Assembly: GCA_050633305.1 (NCBI GenBank)
Contig: JBOEGF010000018.1
Coordinates: forward strand, 416,001 to 480,000
Length of the DNA stretch: 64,000 bases
Origin: Nannocystales bacterium
GTDB lineage: Bacteria > Myxococcota_A > Polyangia > Nannocystales > Nannocystaceae
Direction: 5' to 3'
This document shows positions 19,307-29,898 of the stretch, one piece after another (the stretch's first letter is position 1; each line of letters begins with the position of its first letter). A program made the translations under genes and the position numbers. The notes under the pieces are model-generated. The model saw only the letters and a program-made list of their open reading frames with translations, had not been told where the DNA came from and searched no databases.

Positions 19307-19528
19307 TTCAAGGGGGGGAGCCGCCTGGTTCCCTCGCTACGTGGGCGTAGCCTGCCACGCTCACCTCTCCTAGGGCGCCCTGTCGGGCTTGCTCGGCCAA
19401 CCAACGGAAGAGGCCACGCTTCCCTCTCGCATGGGAAACATGGCCTCCTCCTCCACGGAGAATGGGAACAATCTGGACTCGATGGCTGCCTTTCGGTTGG
19501 AGGGAGCAGAGCCGCTGAGTCGGGCTCA

Positions 19529-19861
19529 CTAGGCTTGGATGGTGATCTTGCGGGGCTTGTTGGCGGCCGCCTTGGAGAGCTGGAGTTCGAGGACTCCGCG
19601 TTCGAGCTTGGCCTCGATGGCGTCCGGGTCGACATCATCTCCGAATCCGAGAGAGCGGACGTAGACCGCCTCGGCGCCGCGGATGGCTTCGAACTTCAGC
19701 TCTCCGTCGTGAAAGCTGATGTCGATGTCGCCGCGCTGAACCCCCGGTACGTCGGCTCGGACCAGGTAGTGGTCGTCGCTTTCGAAGACGTCGACGGGTG
19801 CGGTGAGGCGGGGAAGCTTGGGAGCTTCGGACGGGGTGGAAACTGCGGTTTGTTCGGACAT
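19529..19861 (-). CDS. Hsp20/alpha-crystallin small heat-shock protein
   Basis: PVDVFE...ADVPGV...IEAKLERGVLEL...KPRKI. Confidence 0.9.
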   Translation of the reverse strand: MSEQTAVSTPSEAPKLPRLTAPVDVFESDDHYLVRADVPGVQRGDIDISFHDGELKFEAIRGAEAVYVRSLGFGDDVDPDAIEAKLERGVLELQLSKAAANKPRKITIQA

Positions 19862-19889
19862 CGGGAAACTCCTTTTGGGGGCGGGCTGA

Positions 19890-20327
19890 CTAGGCGGCGT
19901 TGATGGTGATCTGGCGCGGCTTCTGTTCGGCTCGCTTGGGAAGGGTGACGGTGAGGATGCCGTCCTCGAAGGATGCTTCGATCCCTTCGGGGTCAACCTT
20001 GGGTCCGAGCTTGATGCTCTGCTCGAACGCCAAGGACCCGCGTTCGCGGCGGATGGCCCGGTACCCCTCGGGGGCTCCGTTTGAGCGCGTCGCACTGAGC
20101 TTGAGCTTTCCGTCCGAGACTTCGATGGATAGGTCCTCAGGGGACAGGCCAGGAAGGGCGGCCTTCAACGAAAACGCTTCGTCGGTCTCGCCGATCTTGA
20201 AGGTGCGACGGGCTGGGCGAGCCTTCGGTGCGGGGAAGAGCTCCCGGAACGCCTCATCAACCTGTCGGCTGAGCGAACGGAAGTCGTTGATGAAAGGGTC
20301 GGGGGTCGTTTTCCACTGCATGAGCAT
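19890..20327 (-). CDS. Hsp20/alpha-crystallin small heat-shock protein
   Basis: ALPGL...RRERG..F...IEASFEDGILTVTLPK...KPRQI; GGAG RBS. Confidence 0.92.
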   Translation of the reverse strand: MLMQWKTTPDPFINDFRSLSRQVDEAFRELFPAPKARPARRTFKIGETDEAFSLKAALPGLSPEDLSIEVSDGKLKLSATRSNGAPEGYRAIRRERGSLAFEQSIKLGPKVDPEGIEASFEDGILTVTLPKRAEQKPRQITINAA

Positions 20328-20514
20328 GACGGTGCACTCCTGGGTCTTGGTCCTCGAACCGCGCCGCCGTCGCGATGCGGATGCTTGGGGAAGGCGCGAC
20401 GGTGCACGCGGTCCGAGGAAGTCTGCGGTTGTGCCGCTGTTTGTTGCGGCGGGTCGAGGGGGCCCCCCTGCCGCTCTTGCGGCTCTTGTGGGGGGTCTCG
20501 TCGACCTCGAAGCA

Positions 20515-20542
20515 AACCTAAGCCTCGGCCGCGGGGTGTCAA
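20515..20542 (-). promoter_or_regulatory. Sigma70-type promoter for the hsp20 pair
   Basis: Minus strand TTGACA-16 nt-TAGGTT, with an A-tract upstream. Confidence 0.6.
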
Positions 20543-20712
20543 CACAAGCCGCAAACACTTTTTTGTGGGCTGCCCGATCGGTTTGGGACCTCGACGTGGG
20601 GGCAGCCCTAGACCCGCTGGGGCCAATATCGGCTCTGCAAAGGGGGCCGTCTGTCGCTTTCGGGGACGACGAGGCGGGTTCGCCCCGTCGTCCCCCGGGT
20701 GTTCGCGAGTCG

Positions 20713-21912
20713 TTAGCGGGCCTGGACCAGCGCGCCGTCTTCCAGCGAGTCGCTGGGATGCACGATGACGCGGTCTTCTGCGGCCAGGCCCGATGCGACG
20801 ACGGTCTCCAGGTCGTTGCGACGACCCAACTCGACGTGGCGGACGCGAGCGACATCTCCCTCGACGACAAACACCGCCCAGCTCCCGTCCTCGTCGCGGA
20901 ACAACGCACTCACGGGAACCTTGACCACGTCCTCCGCCCGCCAGACCAGGATGTCGGCTTCCACGCGGTATCCGTCGCCAAGCTTCGCGGAGGCCTCACC
21001 AGCGTCCTCGAGCGCAATGACGACGTTGACACGTTGCTCCTCGACCCCGAGGGCCGAGACCTTCATGAACGCCGCGGGCTCGATGAGTCGCACATGCCCC
21101 ACCAGCGACGTGTCGCCGCCCCAGTTCACGAGGTTCGTGGTGTCTCCGAGGCTGATCTCGACAGCCTCGGAGGTGAGGACGTCGACCACCACTTCGAGCG
21201 CGCTCAAGTCCGCGACTTCGAGGAGTTCCTCGGCGGGATGGATGACGCCCTCGCTCTTGCGAAGAATGCGGAGTACCTCGCCGGCCACCGGAGAGTGAAT
21301 CTCGATCGGTTCCTCGCCCTCGCCCCCGTCGCGTTTGCGGGCTCGGTTGACGGCGGCCTTGGCGGTCTGCAGCTCGTACTTCGCGACGCTCGCCCCAAAC
21401 TTCGCGGAGTGCAGGTCCTCTTTGGCGGTCGCAGCCTCGAGCTTGGCGGCATCAAACTCCCGCTGCGAGATGCCGCCCTTGGCGAGCAGTTGTTTTGTTC
21501 GATCGAACTCCTGCTCCGCGTACTTCTTGGCGGCCACGGCCCGCGCCACCGATGCCCCGGCCTGGCGCACCGCGGCGCCGGACGCTCGAGACCGGGTCTC
21601 GAGCTCTCGGATCTGCGACGCGTCGAGCAGCGGCGGAGCGATCGGTTCGATGCGGGCCAAGACGGTCTCGGGGTCCACGGCATCCCCGGGCTCGAGTTCA
21701 ATACGAGCCAGGTTGCCGTTGACGGTGGAGCGGACCACGTACCGATCTTTGACCCGGGTGGTCCCCTCGCTCTTGATCGACACCTGGACGGTCCCGCGGC
21801 TGACTTCGACGACGTCGACGGCCAGCGGCTTGGGCTGCATCGAGAGGAACACACCGACCGCAACGGCGAGCAACACCAGGACCAAGACGCCTCTTCCTAT
21901 CCACTTCTTCAT
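20713..21912 (-). CDS. Periplasmic adaptor (HlyD/MacA-like membrane fusion protein)
   Basis: N-terminal TM, lipoyl-like half-motifs (SPVAGEVL), alpha-hairpin, KVSALGVEEQRV. Confidence 0.9.
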   Translation of the reverse strand: MKKWIGRGVLVLVLLAVAVGVFLSMQPKPLAVDVVEVSRGTVQVSIKSEGTTRVKDRYVVRSTVNGNLARIELEPGDAVDPETVLARIEPIAPPLLDASQIRELETRSRASGAAVRQAGASVARAVAAKKYAEQEFDRTKQLLAKGGISQREFDAAKLEAATAKEDLHSAKFGASVAKYELQTAKAAVNRARKRDGGEGEEPIEIHSPVAGEVLRILRKSEGVIHPAEELLEVADLSALEVVVDVLTSEAVEISLGDTTNLVNWGGDTSLVGHVRLIEPAAFMKVSALGVEEQRVNVVIALEDAGEASAKLGDGYRVEADILVWRAEDVVKVPVSALFRDEDGSWAVFVVEGDVARVRHVELGRRNDLETVVASGLAAEDRVIVHPSDSLEDGALVQAR

Positions 21913-21915
21913 GAG

Positions 21916-24282
21916 TCACTCCCGTGTCTTGAGTACGCCGACCATGTCGAGCTTGTTGATTCGCCGACGCACGAGCAGCGCCGCGCCGGTTCCGGAGACG
22001 AGCGCGACCGCGCTGGCGAGCACGTACGTCCCCGGCGAAATGATCAGCGGGAACCGGTACAGCTCCGTATCGATACCGCTGACCACGCTCAGAGCGAACG
22101 CGTAGCCCATCAGGCATCCAATCGGGAGCGCCAACACCAACTGGACCGCAAGCTCGCCCAGAAGGATGGTGGAGACCTCGCCCCGTGTGAACCCAAGCAC
22201 CCGTAGGCTCGCCAGTTCGCGGCTCCGCTCGGCCAAGACGACACGAGCGCCGTTGTAGACCACGCCAATCGTCACGATCGATGCCAGAAAGCCCAGGATG
22301 ACCGCGGTCGCGTTCTGCATGCCGCCCGAGGTCTGCATGAACACCTCGTACGCGGCGGTCCTGAGACTCACCACCGCGACCCCGGGCGAGCGCTTGAGCT
22401 TCAGGTACACGCTCTCTTCTTGGGCGGGGTCGAGCAGCAGCCGTGCGCCCGAGATCAGCCGGCCCTCGCCCATCAGAGCGTTGACGGTTCGGACATCGGC
22501 ATAGGCGTTGAGCCCGACGAGTTCGTCGACAAGGCCGGCCACCACGACGACCTCGGTCCGAGCCTCGCCCTCGAGAATCTCGACGTGCAGCGGGTCGCCG
22601 ACGTGCACCCCCAAGCGGCGGCCGAGTTCGTCGGTGAGCAGCACGCCCGAGTCTGGAACGGGGACGCGATCGAGGTCGCCATCGAGCAGCTGCCGTAGTT
22701 CCCCGGCGTCGGTCAGACCTTGAAGCCCCGTCTCGTAGGAACGGTGGCCGTTGCGGAGCCGGACCGCGACGTCGCGCATGGGCTCCGCCCGCATCACGCC
22801 GTCCATCGACTCGAGCTCTGCGAGCACACGGGTTCCGAGCGCACGGGTGAAGTAGACGGTTGCGTCCTCCCGTTGCGCGCGCTGGAAGTTGATCTCCATC
22901 ACGTAGTCCAGGGCGCCGACCGAGAACGTTCCGGGGATCATGATCGCCATTCCGATGGCGATACCGAGGCTGGACATCAGGGTCCTGCCCGGCGCGCGCT
23001 CGATGTTGCGCAGCACGATGCGACCGGAGCGACCGAGGATCTGCTCAAGTCCCATGCGACTGAGGAACCCACGTTTGTAGGTCGACGGTGCTTTCGGGCG
23101 CATGGCCTCGGCGGGCGGGAGAGACACGGCGCGGCGAATGGCCACGACTGTGCCGATGAAACCGGCGCCCAACGACAATGCCGTCGCGCTCGCGAGCAAC
23201 TCGACCTGGGTGTGAAAGCGGAGGTCGGGGAAACGGAAGTACTCGGCGTAGACGGAGATCAATCCATCGCCGAGCAGGCCACCGAGGGCAGCGCCCAGTG
23301 CTGTCCCGCCCAGGACGATGACCGTCATCATCTCGGTGTAGTGGACGCCCAGGGAGAAGTTCCCGTAGCCCAACGCCTTGAGCGCGGCGATTTGTTCACG
23401 CTGGCCCTCGACGAGGCGGGTCATCACCACGTTGAGTAGAAACGCTGCGACCGCGAGGAACATGATCGGAACGACCGCTCCCATGCCTCCGAGTTGTTTG
23501 AGTTCCTCGTCGACGTATCGCGCGGAGACCTGTTTGGCGCGGCCGTGCGCGCCTCGTCCTCCGTAGCGTTCGATCTTGGAATCGACCGCCGCAACCACAT
23601 CCTGTTCGGACGCGCCGCGAGCCAGCGTCAGGGTGATGTCGTTGATGCCCCCTTCCATGTCGACGAGCGTCGCGAGCCGGCCTCGCTCGACCCAGAACAC
23701 GCCGAACCGAAGGGGGTCCGGGAACAGGCTGCCCTCGCCAATGCTGTAGACGTACTCGGGGGAGAGCGCGACGCCGACGACCCGCAGCTTGACCTCATGA
23801 CCCTTGACCAGGGTTCTCAGCTCGGCGCCGAGCTCGAGGGCGTGGGCGACCGCGAAGGCTTCGCTGACGACGGTCTCGGTGTGCCGGCCGCGGCGTGGCA
23901 TTCGGCCTCGCGTGAGATGCAGGAGGCTGAACGACCCGCGTTCGACCTCAGGGAGCGAAACGAGGCGCCCGATCGCGGGCTCGGAGAGACCCTCGACGTC
24001 GATGGACACGCGTTCGACGATCCGTCCTTCGGCCCGCTGGACGCCATCGAGTGCCGCGATCTCACCCACAAGGGCGGTGGGCGCGTAGGCAACCCTGGCG
24101 AAGACGTCGGGGAACTGGTTCTTCTCGTAGTACGACGCTGCGGCGGAGACCAAGGAGGCATGCACGCTCAGCATGACGACGAACGAGGCAATCCCGCATG
24201 CGACGACGGCCCCGATCGCGAAGACCTGACCCCGCATCTTCCACAAGTCGCGGAAGAGCTTGCGCTGAAGCGAGGTCACCAT
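21916..24282 (-). CDS. MacB/FtsX-like ABC transporter permease (duplicated)
   Basis: Two FtsX motifs: [13 protein letters not shown] and [13 protein letters not shown]. Confidence 0.92.
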   Translation of the reverse strand: MVTSLQRKLFRDLWKMRGQVFAIGAVVACGIASFVVMLSVHASLVSAAASYYEKNQFPDVFARVAYAPTALVGEIAALDGVQRAEGRIVERVSIDVEGLSEPAIGRLVSLPEVERGSFSLLHLTRGRMPRRGRHTETVVSEAFAVAHALELGAELRTLVKGHEVKLRVVGVALSPEYVYSIGEGSLFPDPLRFGVFWVERGRLATLVDMEGGINDITLTLARGASEQDVVAAVDSKIERYGGRGAHGRAKQVSARYVDEELKQLGGMGAVVPIMFLAVAAFLLNVVMTRLVEGQREQIAALKALGYGNFSLGVHYTEMMTVIVLGGTALGAALGGLLGDGLISVYAEYFRFPDLRFHTQVELLASATALSLGAGFIGTVVAIRRAVSLPPAEAMRPKAPSTYKRGFLSRMGLEQILGRSGRIVLRNIERAPGRTLMSSLGIAIGMAIMIPGTFSVGALDYVMEINFQRAQREDATVYFTRALGTRVLAELESMDGVMRAEPMRDVAVRLRNGHRSYETGLQGLTDAGELRQLLDGDLDRVPVPDSGVLLTDELGRRLGVHVGDPLHVEILEGEARTEVVVVAGLVDELVGLNAYADVRTVNALMGEGRLISGARLLLDPAQEESVYLKLKRSPGVAVVSLRTAAYEVFMQTSGGMQNATAVILGFLASIVTIGVVYNGARVVLAERSRELASLRVLGFTRGEVSTILLGELAVQLVLALPIGCLMGYAFALSVVSGIDTELYRFPLIISPGTYVLASAVALVSGTGAALLVRRRINKLDMVGVLKTRE

Positions 24283-25025
24283 TCGATATCCGTCGGGGGG
24301 ACGCGCTCGTCATTCACGGTGATCTTGCCGATGCTGCCGTCCGCCATCTCGATGACGCGGTGGGCCATGGCCCCGATCGCCGCGTTGTGGGTAATGACAG
24401 CCGTGGTGGTCCCGAACTCGGCGTTCACCCGATTCAAGACCTCCAGCACGACCTTGCCTGTGGTGATGTCCAGGGCTCCGGTGGGCTCGTCGCACAGCAA
24501 GATGTTCGGACGCTTGGCGACCGCCCGCGCGATCGCAACCCGCTGCTGCTCGCCCCCGGAGAGCTGCGATGGAAAGTGATCGATGCGGTCGCGCAGCCCG
24601 ACGAGTTCGAGGGCTTGCTTGGCGCTCAGGGGGTCGGGCGCGATCTCGGTGACCAGCTCCACATTCTCGAGCGCGGTCAGCGAGGGGATGAGGTTGTAGA
24701 ACTGGAAGACGAACCCGACGTGGTTGCGGCGGTAGGTCGTCAGCTGCTTTTCGTCGGCGGCGTCGAGGGCCTCTCCGCGATAGAGGATCTTGCCGCTCGA
24801 GGGCGTGTCGAGGCCGCCCATGAGGTTGAGGAGCGTCGACTTTCCGCTCCCGGAGGGTCCGAGCAACACGACGAACTCTCCCCGATACAGGTCAACATCT
24901 GTCCCGCGGAGCGCATGGACGCTGACGTCACCCATCTCGTAGGTCTTGGTGGCGCCGCGAACGGAAAGGATCGCCTCCCCTGGCTCGTCCGCCGACGTCG
25001 TAGCGCGCGCTGGGTCCTTCTCCAT
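24276..25025 (-). CDS. ABC transporter ATP-binding protein (LolD/MacB type)
   Basis: [34 protein letters not shown]. Confidence 0.95.
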   Translation of the reverse strand: MEKDPARATTSADEPGEAILSVRGATKTYEMGDVSVHALRGTDVDLYRGEFVVLLGPSGSGKSTLLNLMGGLDTPSSGKILYRGEALDAADEKQLTTYRRNHVGFVFQFYNLIPSLTALENVELVTEIAPDPLSAKQALELVGLRDRIDHFPSQLSGGEQQRVAIARAVAKRPNILLCDEPTGALDITTGKVVLEVLNRVNAEFGTTTAVITHNAAIGAMAHRVIEMADGSIGKITVNDERVPPTDIEW

Positions 25026-25109
25026 GCGGATGGCACAAGGATGCCGTGGCCGCGGGGGGTGGTGGCGGCAAAAACAGCGCGAGCGAGGGCCCGCTTTCGG
25101 TGCTGGGCG

Positions 25110-25778
25110 TCAGCCCGCTGGGAGGCGGCCGCGCAGCCAGGCCCCGACAGCTTCGATCTCTTCGGGGCACACGTGGTGCTCGATCGGGTACTCGTGCCAG
25201 TGCGTCTTGGCGGTCGTCCAGCCGTCAAAGTCGGCCTTCGCCTCGCGCCCCCAGTCGACACTGACCATCGGGTCGTGGGTCCCGTGACCGAAGAAAACCT
25301 CGGTGTCGCGGTTGGCATCGTTGCGCTCGGCCTCGAACTCCGGGCGAAGCACGTGGTAGCCGGAGAGCGACATGATGCCGGCGAGGGTGTGCTCGTGGCG
25401 TGCCCCGACGAACAGCGACATCGCGGCGCCCTGCGAGAAACCGGCGATGACGGTTCTCGACGACGCCACACCGCGCGTCCGCTCTCGCTCCAGCAGGGCC
25501 TCGATCTTCTGGCCCGACGCCCGAATGTGGTCGCCGTTCTCCCGCCCCTCGACGTGGTCGAAGGTGAGGATGTCGTACCAGGCGGGCATGACGAAACCGC
25601 CGTTGATCGTCACGGGATACTGAGGCGCGTGCGGGAACACGAACCGAACGTGCGGACACAGCAGTGCCGGAACCACGGGCTCGAAGTCGTGTCCGCTCGC
25701 GCCGAGGCCGTGCATCCATACGACCGAGGCGGTCGCGTCTTTGGGTCCGACCTCGACACAGTCCAGTAGCGCGCTCAC
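25110..25778 (-). CDS. Phospholipase/carboxylesterase (alpha/beta hydrolase)
   Basis: HGLGA, MPAWYDI, GFSQG, HGTHDPMV, EH; GTG start. Confidence 0.9.
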   Translation of the reverse strand: MSALLDCVEVGPKDATASVVWMHGLGASGHDFEPVVPALLCPHVRFVFPHAPQYPVTINGGFVMPAWYDILTFDHVEGRENGDHIRASGQKIEALLERERTRGVASSRTVIAGFSQGAAMSLFVGARHEHTLAGIMSLSGYHVLRPEFEAERNDANRDTEVFFGHGTHDPMVSVDWGREAKADFDGWTTAKTHWHEYPIEHHVCPEEIEAVGAWLRGRLPAG

Positions 25779-25811
25779 GGCCCGCCTTGTAGCACGTGAT
25801 AGGTTCGGCCC

Positions 25812-26864
25812 GTGGGAGGCCAGGGGGCGCGGCGGCCGTGGGTCGCTTGGGGAATTTCCCTGATCGGTGCCGCTGCATTCTTGTGGTTGGCCTCGACTCG
25901 CCTGCAGCTGTGGCCGGAGACCTTTACGCTGGAGTCTCCGCTCCTGCTGGCCGCCGCGGCGGCAATGCACGTGCCCTATGCGCTGGTGCGGGCACTTCGG
26001 CTGCAGTACGTGTTCGACCCGTTGGTCGCGGACCATGGCGGGTCTCGGATGAGCCGCCGCGTGCTGTACGGCAGCGGCTTCCTGTCCTTTTTCGTGCTCT
26101 TGGTCCTGCCGCTCAAGCTCGGAGAGCTGTCCCGGCCCATGTTGTTGGCCCGCGGTCGTCAGCCCGGCCTCGGCCTGCCTGAGGCCATCGGCGGGGTGGC
26201 TCTGGAGCGGTTGGTCGACGGTCTCATCATCGTTGCGATGCTGTTCGGTGGCCTCGCGCTGTCCGAGGTACAGCTCGAAAGCAGCCTGGCCGACGTCCGG
26301 TTGGTGGGGATGACGATGTCCGCCGTGTTTGTCGTGGGCCTGATGGTACTCGTCGTCGCGGCCCGCATGCCGGACCGCGCGACCGCACTTGCCTCCGCCA
26401 TTGGGGGGATTTTTGGAGCCCGGGCTCGTGCGCTCGCCTCGGGACTGGTCGAGCGCGTTGCTGGGACGATGCGTGGCGTTCTCGCCCTCGAGCACGCTGG
26501 ACCCTTTGTGCTCTGGTCGATCCTTTACTGGGCGATCACCGCGGCGCAGCTGTGGTTGGTCCTCGAGGCATGTGGGATCCATCTCAATGGCGCGGCGGCG
26601 GCAGCGATCATCGCGATCGTCGGGCTGAGCATTCAGCTCCCCGGGGGACCGGCGCAGTTCGGGACCTTTCAGATGGGCACGGGGCTCGCGCTACCGCTGT
26701 ATCTGGACGCTGCAGCCCTCCAGAGTGCCGGGAGCACCTTTTCAGCGGTGATGTACGCACTGCAACTCGTGGGCGCTGGACTGATGGCTCTCCCCGGTCT
26801 GGCCCTGCTTGCGCGGGTCCCACAGTCCCCGGACGACCCCGATTCGGGCAAACCGGCGCCGTAA
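25812..26864 (+). CDS. Lysylphosphatidylglycerol synthase TM-region (UPF0104) membrane protein
   Basis: LPLKLGELSR, ERLVD, PGGPAQFGTF; multiple TM segments. Confidence 0.8.
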   Translation: MGGQGARRPWVAWGISLIGAAAFLWLASTRLQLWPETFTLESPLLLAAAAAMHVPYALVRALRLQYVFDPLVADHGGSRMSRRVLYGSGFLSFFVLLVLPLKLGELSRPMLLARGRQPGLGLPEAIGGVALERLVDGLIIVAMLFGGLALSEVQLESSLADVRLVGMTMSAVFVVGLMVLVVAARMPDRATALASAIGGIFGARARALASGLVERVAGTMRGVLALEHAGPFVLWSILYWAITAAQLWLVLEACGIHLNGAAAAAIIAIVGLSIQLPGGPAQFGTFQMGTGLALPLYLDAAALQSAGSTFSAVMYALQLVGAGLMALPGLALLARVPQSPDDPDSGKPAP

Positions 26865-26966
26865 GCAGGAGCGTCGCCACCCGTTGCTGCAAACGGTGGG
26901 TCGCGGGTATGCTCCGCCGACGTTCCGCCGCTTGCGCACTAGCCGCAAGACTCTCGGAGAGGTTCC

Positions 26967-28487
26967 ATGCTCGGTTTTCACGCTCTGACCACTCGATTGG
27001 CCGACACGCGCTTCGGCATCGCTGCCCTCGCGCTCACCCTCGCCGCCGCTCCTGCATGCGGCAAGAAGTCCAAAGGGACCGACGCGCCCGATTCGGGCGG
27101 CGCGGCGGCAAGCTCTTCGGACGACGGTGGCACGGGCGACCGCATCGCCAAAGCTCGCACCAACGAGCTGCTGCGTCTCGCCAACGAAGACCTCGCGAAA
27201 GGCCGCTACGTCTCCGCCGCGAAGCGAGCCGAAGAAGCGCTCGAAAAGGATGCGAACAGCGCTGACGCCTACGCGATCCTTGGCACCTCCAGCTGGCGCG
27301 CCGGAGACTTCGTCGCTTCGACCGCAGCGTACGAAAAGTCGGTCGAACTCGACGCCAAGAACTTCGGTGGCGTGCTCGGCCTGGGTCGCAACCTGCAGGC
27401 TGCCGGCGCTCACCAGCGGGCGATCGAGCTGCTCGACGTCCTGGTCGAAGACGACAAAGAGCAGATCGCTCCGCGTCTGACGAAGCTTTGGAGCTACTAC
27501 ACGCTGGTCGACGCCGAGGCAGGCGTGAAGGAACTCGACGAGATCTTCAAGTTCCTCCCCGCTGAAGACCCGCAGCTCCCCCTGGTGCAGTCCTATGCCG
27601 CCTTCCTTCGTCCTCTCGAAGGCAAGGGTCCGTTCTTCGTCATCGACGGAGAGAGCGGGTCAATGGACGCTGGCATCAACCACGACATCGGGGTCAAGTA
27701 CACCAGCGGGATCATCGGCGGAGAGTTCTCCCGGGTGATCTTCTTCGAGAGCGTCGAGGAGACCGTGATCGATGCGGGCCTCGTCGCGACTCTCGGCTTG
27801 AAGTCGGTTGGCAAGATGACTCCGCTGGGTCAAGAGGCCGAGACCGACATCGTCCTGGTTCCGGAGGTGAAGTTCGGCGAACTCACCATGAAGAACGTGC
27901 CCGCGATCGTGCGGCCGCTCGATCCGTACGAGCCCGCACTCGGTGAGAAGCCGGGGTTGATCCTCGGCCGCCAAGCGATGCAGGCGATGGGGTCGTTCAC
28001 GTTCGACTTCCCCGGAAACTCGCTGACGGTCACCAAAGCGGCTCCCGACGCTGCCCCGGAAGGCTCGGTCGAGCTTCCGTTCTTGCTCGTCAGCATGCAC
28101 GTGCAGAGCGCTCCGGTCGTCCCGGTCAGCATCGATGGCGCTGAGCACAGCTTCTACGTCTACTTCGGTGGAACGTATGGCTCCGGTGTTGCGGTCACGC
28201 GAAAGCACTACCTCAAGAGCGGCCACCTTCCTCGTGAACTCGACAACCCCGAGGACGAGGCCAACGGTCTGAAGATGGTCTACGTCAACGAGTTCGGCAT
28301 CGGCGACAAGGCCCTGGGCGGCATGGGGGGCCTGGTGCTGCTCAACGCCCGTCCCGACCCCAACCTCGCAATCTACCTCGACGGCACGGCGTTCGAGATG
28401 GGCGGCTACGTCAACACACGGTTGATGGAGGGTTGGTCGGTCACCTACGCGCCCGCTTCGGGCAAGATCTTCGTCAAGACTCCGTAG
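26967..28487 (+). CDS. TPR lipoprotein with two degenerate retropepsin-like (aspartyl protease) domains
   Basis: Lipobox AAPAC, TPR helices, then 'VKFGELTMKNVP...GLILG...FTFDF' and a second similar unit. Confidence 0.7.
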   Translation: MLGFHALTTRLADTRFGIAALALTLAAAPACGKKSKGTDAPDSGGAAASSSDDGGTGDRIAKARTNELLRLANEDLAKGRYVSAAKRAEEALEKDANSADAYAILGTSSWRAGDFVASTAAYEKSVELDAKNFGGVLGLGRNLQAAGAHQRAIELLDVLVEDDKEQIAPRLTKLWSYYTLVDAEAGVKELDEIFKFLPAEDPQLPLVQSYAAFLRPLEGKGPFFVIDGESGSMDAGINHDIGVKYTSGIIGGEFSRVIFFESVEETVIDAGLVATLGLKSVGKMTPLGQEAETDIVLVPEVKFGELTMKNVPAIVRPLDPYEPALGEKPGLILGRQAMQAMGSFTFDFPGNSLTVTKAAPDAAPEGSVELPFLLVSMHVQSAPVVPVSIDGAEHSFYVYFGGTYGSGVAVTRKHYLKSGHLPRELDNPEDEANGLKMVYVNEFGIGDKALGGMGGLVLLNARPDPNLAIYLDGTAFEMGGYVNTRLMEGWSVTYAPASGKIFVKTP

Positions 28488-28597
28488 CAACACGGGCGTC
28501 TGCGTCAGAGCGAGCCGTAGCGACACCTGTTCGCTGCGGCTCGTTTCACGTTGAGCCCCCAATGTTGCCGCTCGGCTGAGAACGCACCAAGGATCGA

Positions 28598-29095
28598 ATG
28601 CCTCGCTGGTTGGACCGACTGCTCGGACGCGTTCCCAAGATCGACGATTGGGACCAACTCGAGTTGGGTGTGTTCGAGGTCGAGGGCGTTGTTCGGGCGC
28701 TTGACGTCATCGTGGATCCCCTGGGAGGGGCTCGATGTGTCGCGCTCGACTACCGCGCCTGGCCTCCGAGCACGACCGCTGGTGTTGACGGGGCGGCGGT
28801 TGTCGGGGACCGAGCGTTTCAGGTCGCCGCATCCCAAACGGTGGAGTTCATGCTCGATGCAGCAGGGCGATCGGTGCTCATTCGTCCGCAGCCGGGGGAT
28901 GATGTCGCTGCCGTGCACCGGAGTCTCGAGGCGCAGTACGGCTTCAACCTCCGCGCCGAGGTCCATTGCGTCTCGCCCGGTGATGCGGTCGTCGTTCGGG
29001 GAAAGGTCGTGCACGTGACCCCCCCGGGCGGGAGTCCCCACCGAGCGGACCCGCATCGAGCGGTGATCGAGGCGCAGCAGATTCGTCTCCGCTGA
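28598..29095 (+). CDS. Hypothetical protein (weak GIDE-like beta domain)
   Basis: 'VEGVV...PLGG..CV...F.LD..G...V.PGD.V.V.G' pattern. Confidence 0.6.
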   Translation: MPRWLDRLLGRVPKIDDWDQLELGVFEVEGVVRALDVIVDPLGGARCVALDYRAWPPSTTAGVDGAAVVGDRAFQVAASQTVEFMLDAAGRSVLIRPQPGDDVAAVHRSLEAQYGFNLRAEVHCVSPGDAVVVRGKVVHVTPPGGSPHRADPHRAVIEAQQIRLR

Positions 29096-29129
29096 TTCAA
29101 GCTGCTGCCAGCGGTGTCGATGGGCAGGC

Positions 29130-29777
29130 ATGGGCGAGCCGCTCAGAATCGATTCTGCCTCCACCGCCCCCTGGGCGTCGCTTGAAGCGAAGCGTGTCCT
29201 GCTCTTGTGTGCGGAGGACGATCGGTTGGGCCTAGAGCTCACCAGGCCGCAGCTGGAACTCCAGAACCTACAGGTCGAGGTGGTCAGTGACGCGTTCGAC
29301 CCCCGCGCGGTATGGGCGGCGCTCGAAGCGGACCCGTGTCCCACGGTTGTCGCCGTGGTCGTCAGCCAGGCGCGGGCGCGCCGCGCCGCCCGGCCGCTGA
29401 TCGATGCATTCTCGGAGGTCGCCGGTCCCCGTCATCGACTCCTCGTCCTCGACCTGAGGCGGCGGACGAGCGTGCTGCAACAGGTGCGTGCCCTGTCGGG
29501 AGCCATCGAAGGCCTCGAGCTGACGTTGCAGATCGCCCGTGGAAGCCGAGCGGCGTTGACCACCTCCGCGACGGCAAACCCCCGGGCAGCGGGGGAGCGG
29601 AGGCTCTCACCGTGCGGTATGGGAACCCGGCCGCTGCGGGTGGTTCAACCCTCTGTGCTGCTGAGCGCCGACGTTCACTCTGGAGCCCAGACGATTCCAG
29701 CCCGGACACGATTCCGCGTGACACGGCCGGAACGGCCGATGGCGGAGACATGCCCTGAGCTTCCGTTGATCGACTGA
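29130..29777 (+). CDS. Hypothetical protein
   Basis: 215-aa ATG-started ORF with an alpha/beta-like pattern. Confidence 0.55.
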   Translation: MGEPLRIDSASTAPWASLEAKRVLLLCAEDDRLGLELTRPQLELQNLQVEVVSDAFDPRAVWAALEADPCPTVVAVVVSQARARRAARPLIDAFSEVAGPRHRLLVLDLRRRTSVLQQVRALSGAIEGLELTLQIARGSRAALTTSATANPRAAGERRLSPCGMGTRPLRVVQPSVLLSADVHSGAQTIPARTRFRVTRPERPMAETCPELPLID

Positions 29778-29819
29778 CCCCGCCCGGACTCGCGGCATTC
29801 GTCGTCCGACCGGACACGC

Positions 29820-29849
29820 AAGAAAGCCGGCTACGAAAACGCAGCCGGC
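29820..29849 (-). terminator. Rho-independent terminator after the 29899-31773 gene
   Basis: Minus strand gccggctgcg-tttt-cgtagccggc followed by tttctt. Confidence 0.7.
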
Positions 29850-29898
29850 CTTGGAGAAAGGTCTGGCTCCCTGAGGAGAGAGCCGGGAGAAGAGGGGA

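Noticed and set aside
19308..19529. 73-aa ORF, or a tRNA/SRP/6S RNA gene
   Set aside because: The ORF has no coding features, and no tRNA cloverleaf or SRP loop motif was recognised.
20328..20560. CIRCE/HAIR heat-shock operator
   Set aside because: Only a GAGTGC half-site at the RBS; no matching inverted half.
19900..22206. 768-aa plus-strand ORF and other long antisense ORFs (e.g. 2326-4380, 61335-63488)
   Set aside because: Shadow ORFs of high-GC genes on the opposite strand; Arg/Gly-rich with no family motifs.
25031..25045. Sigma-54-like TGGCAC...TGC
   Set aside because: Spacing is one base short and it points away from the adjacent gene.
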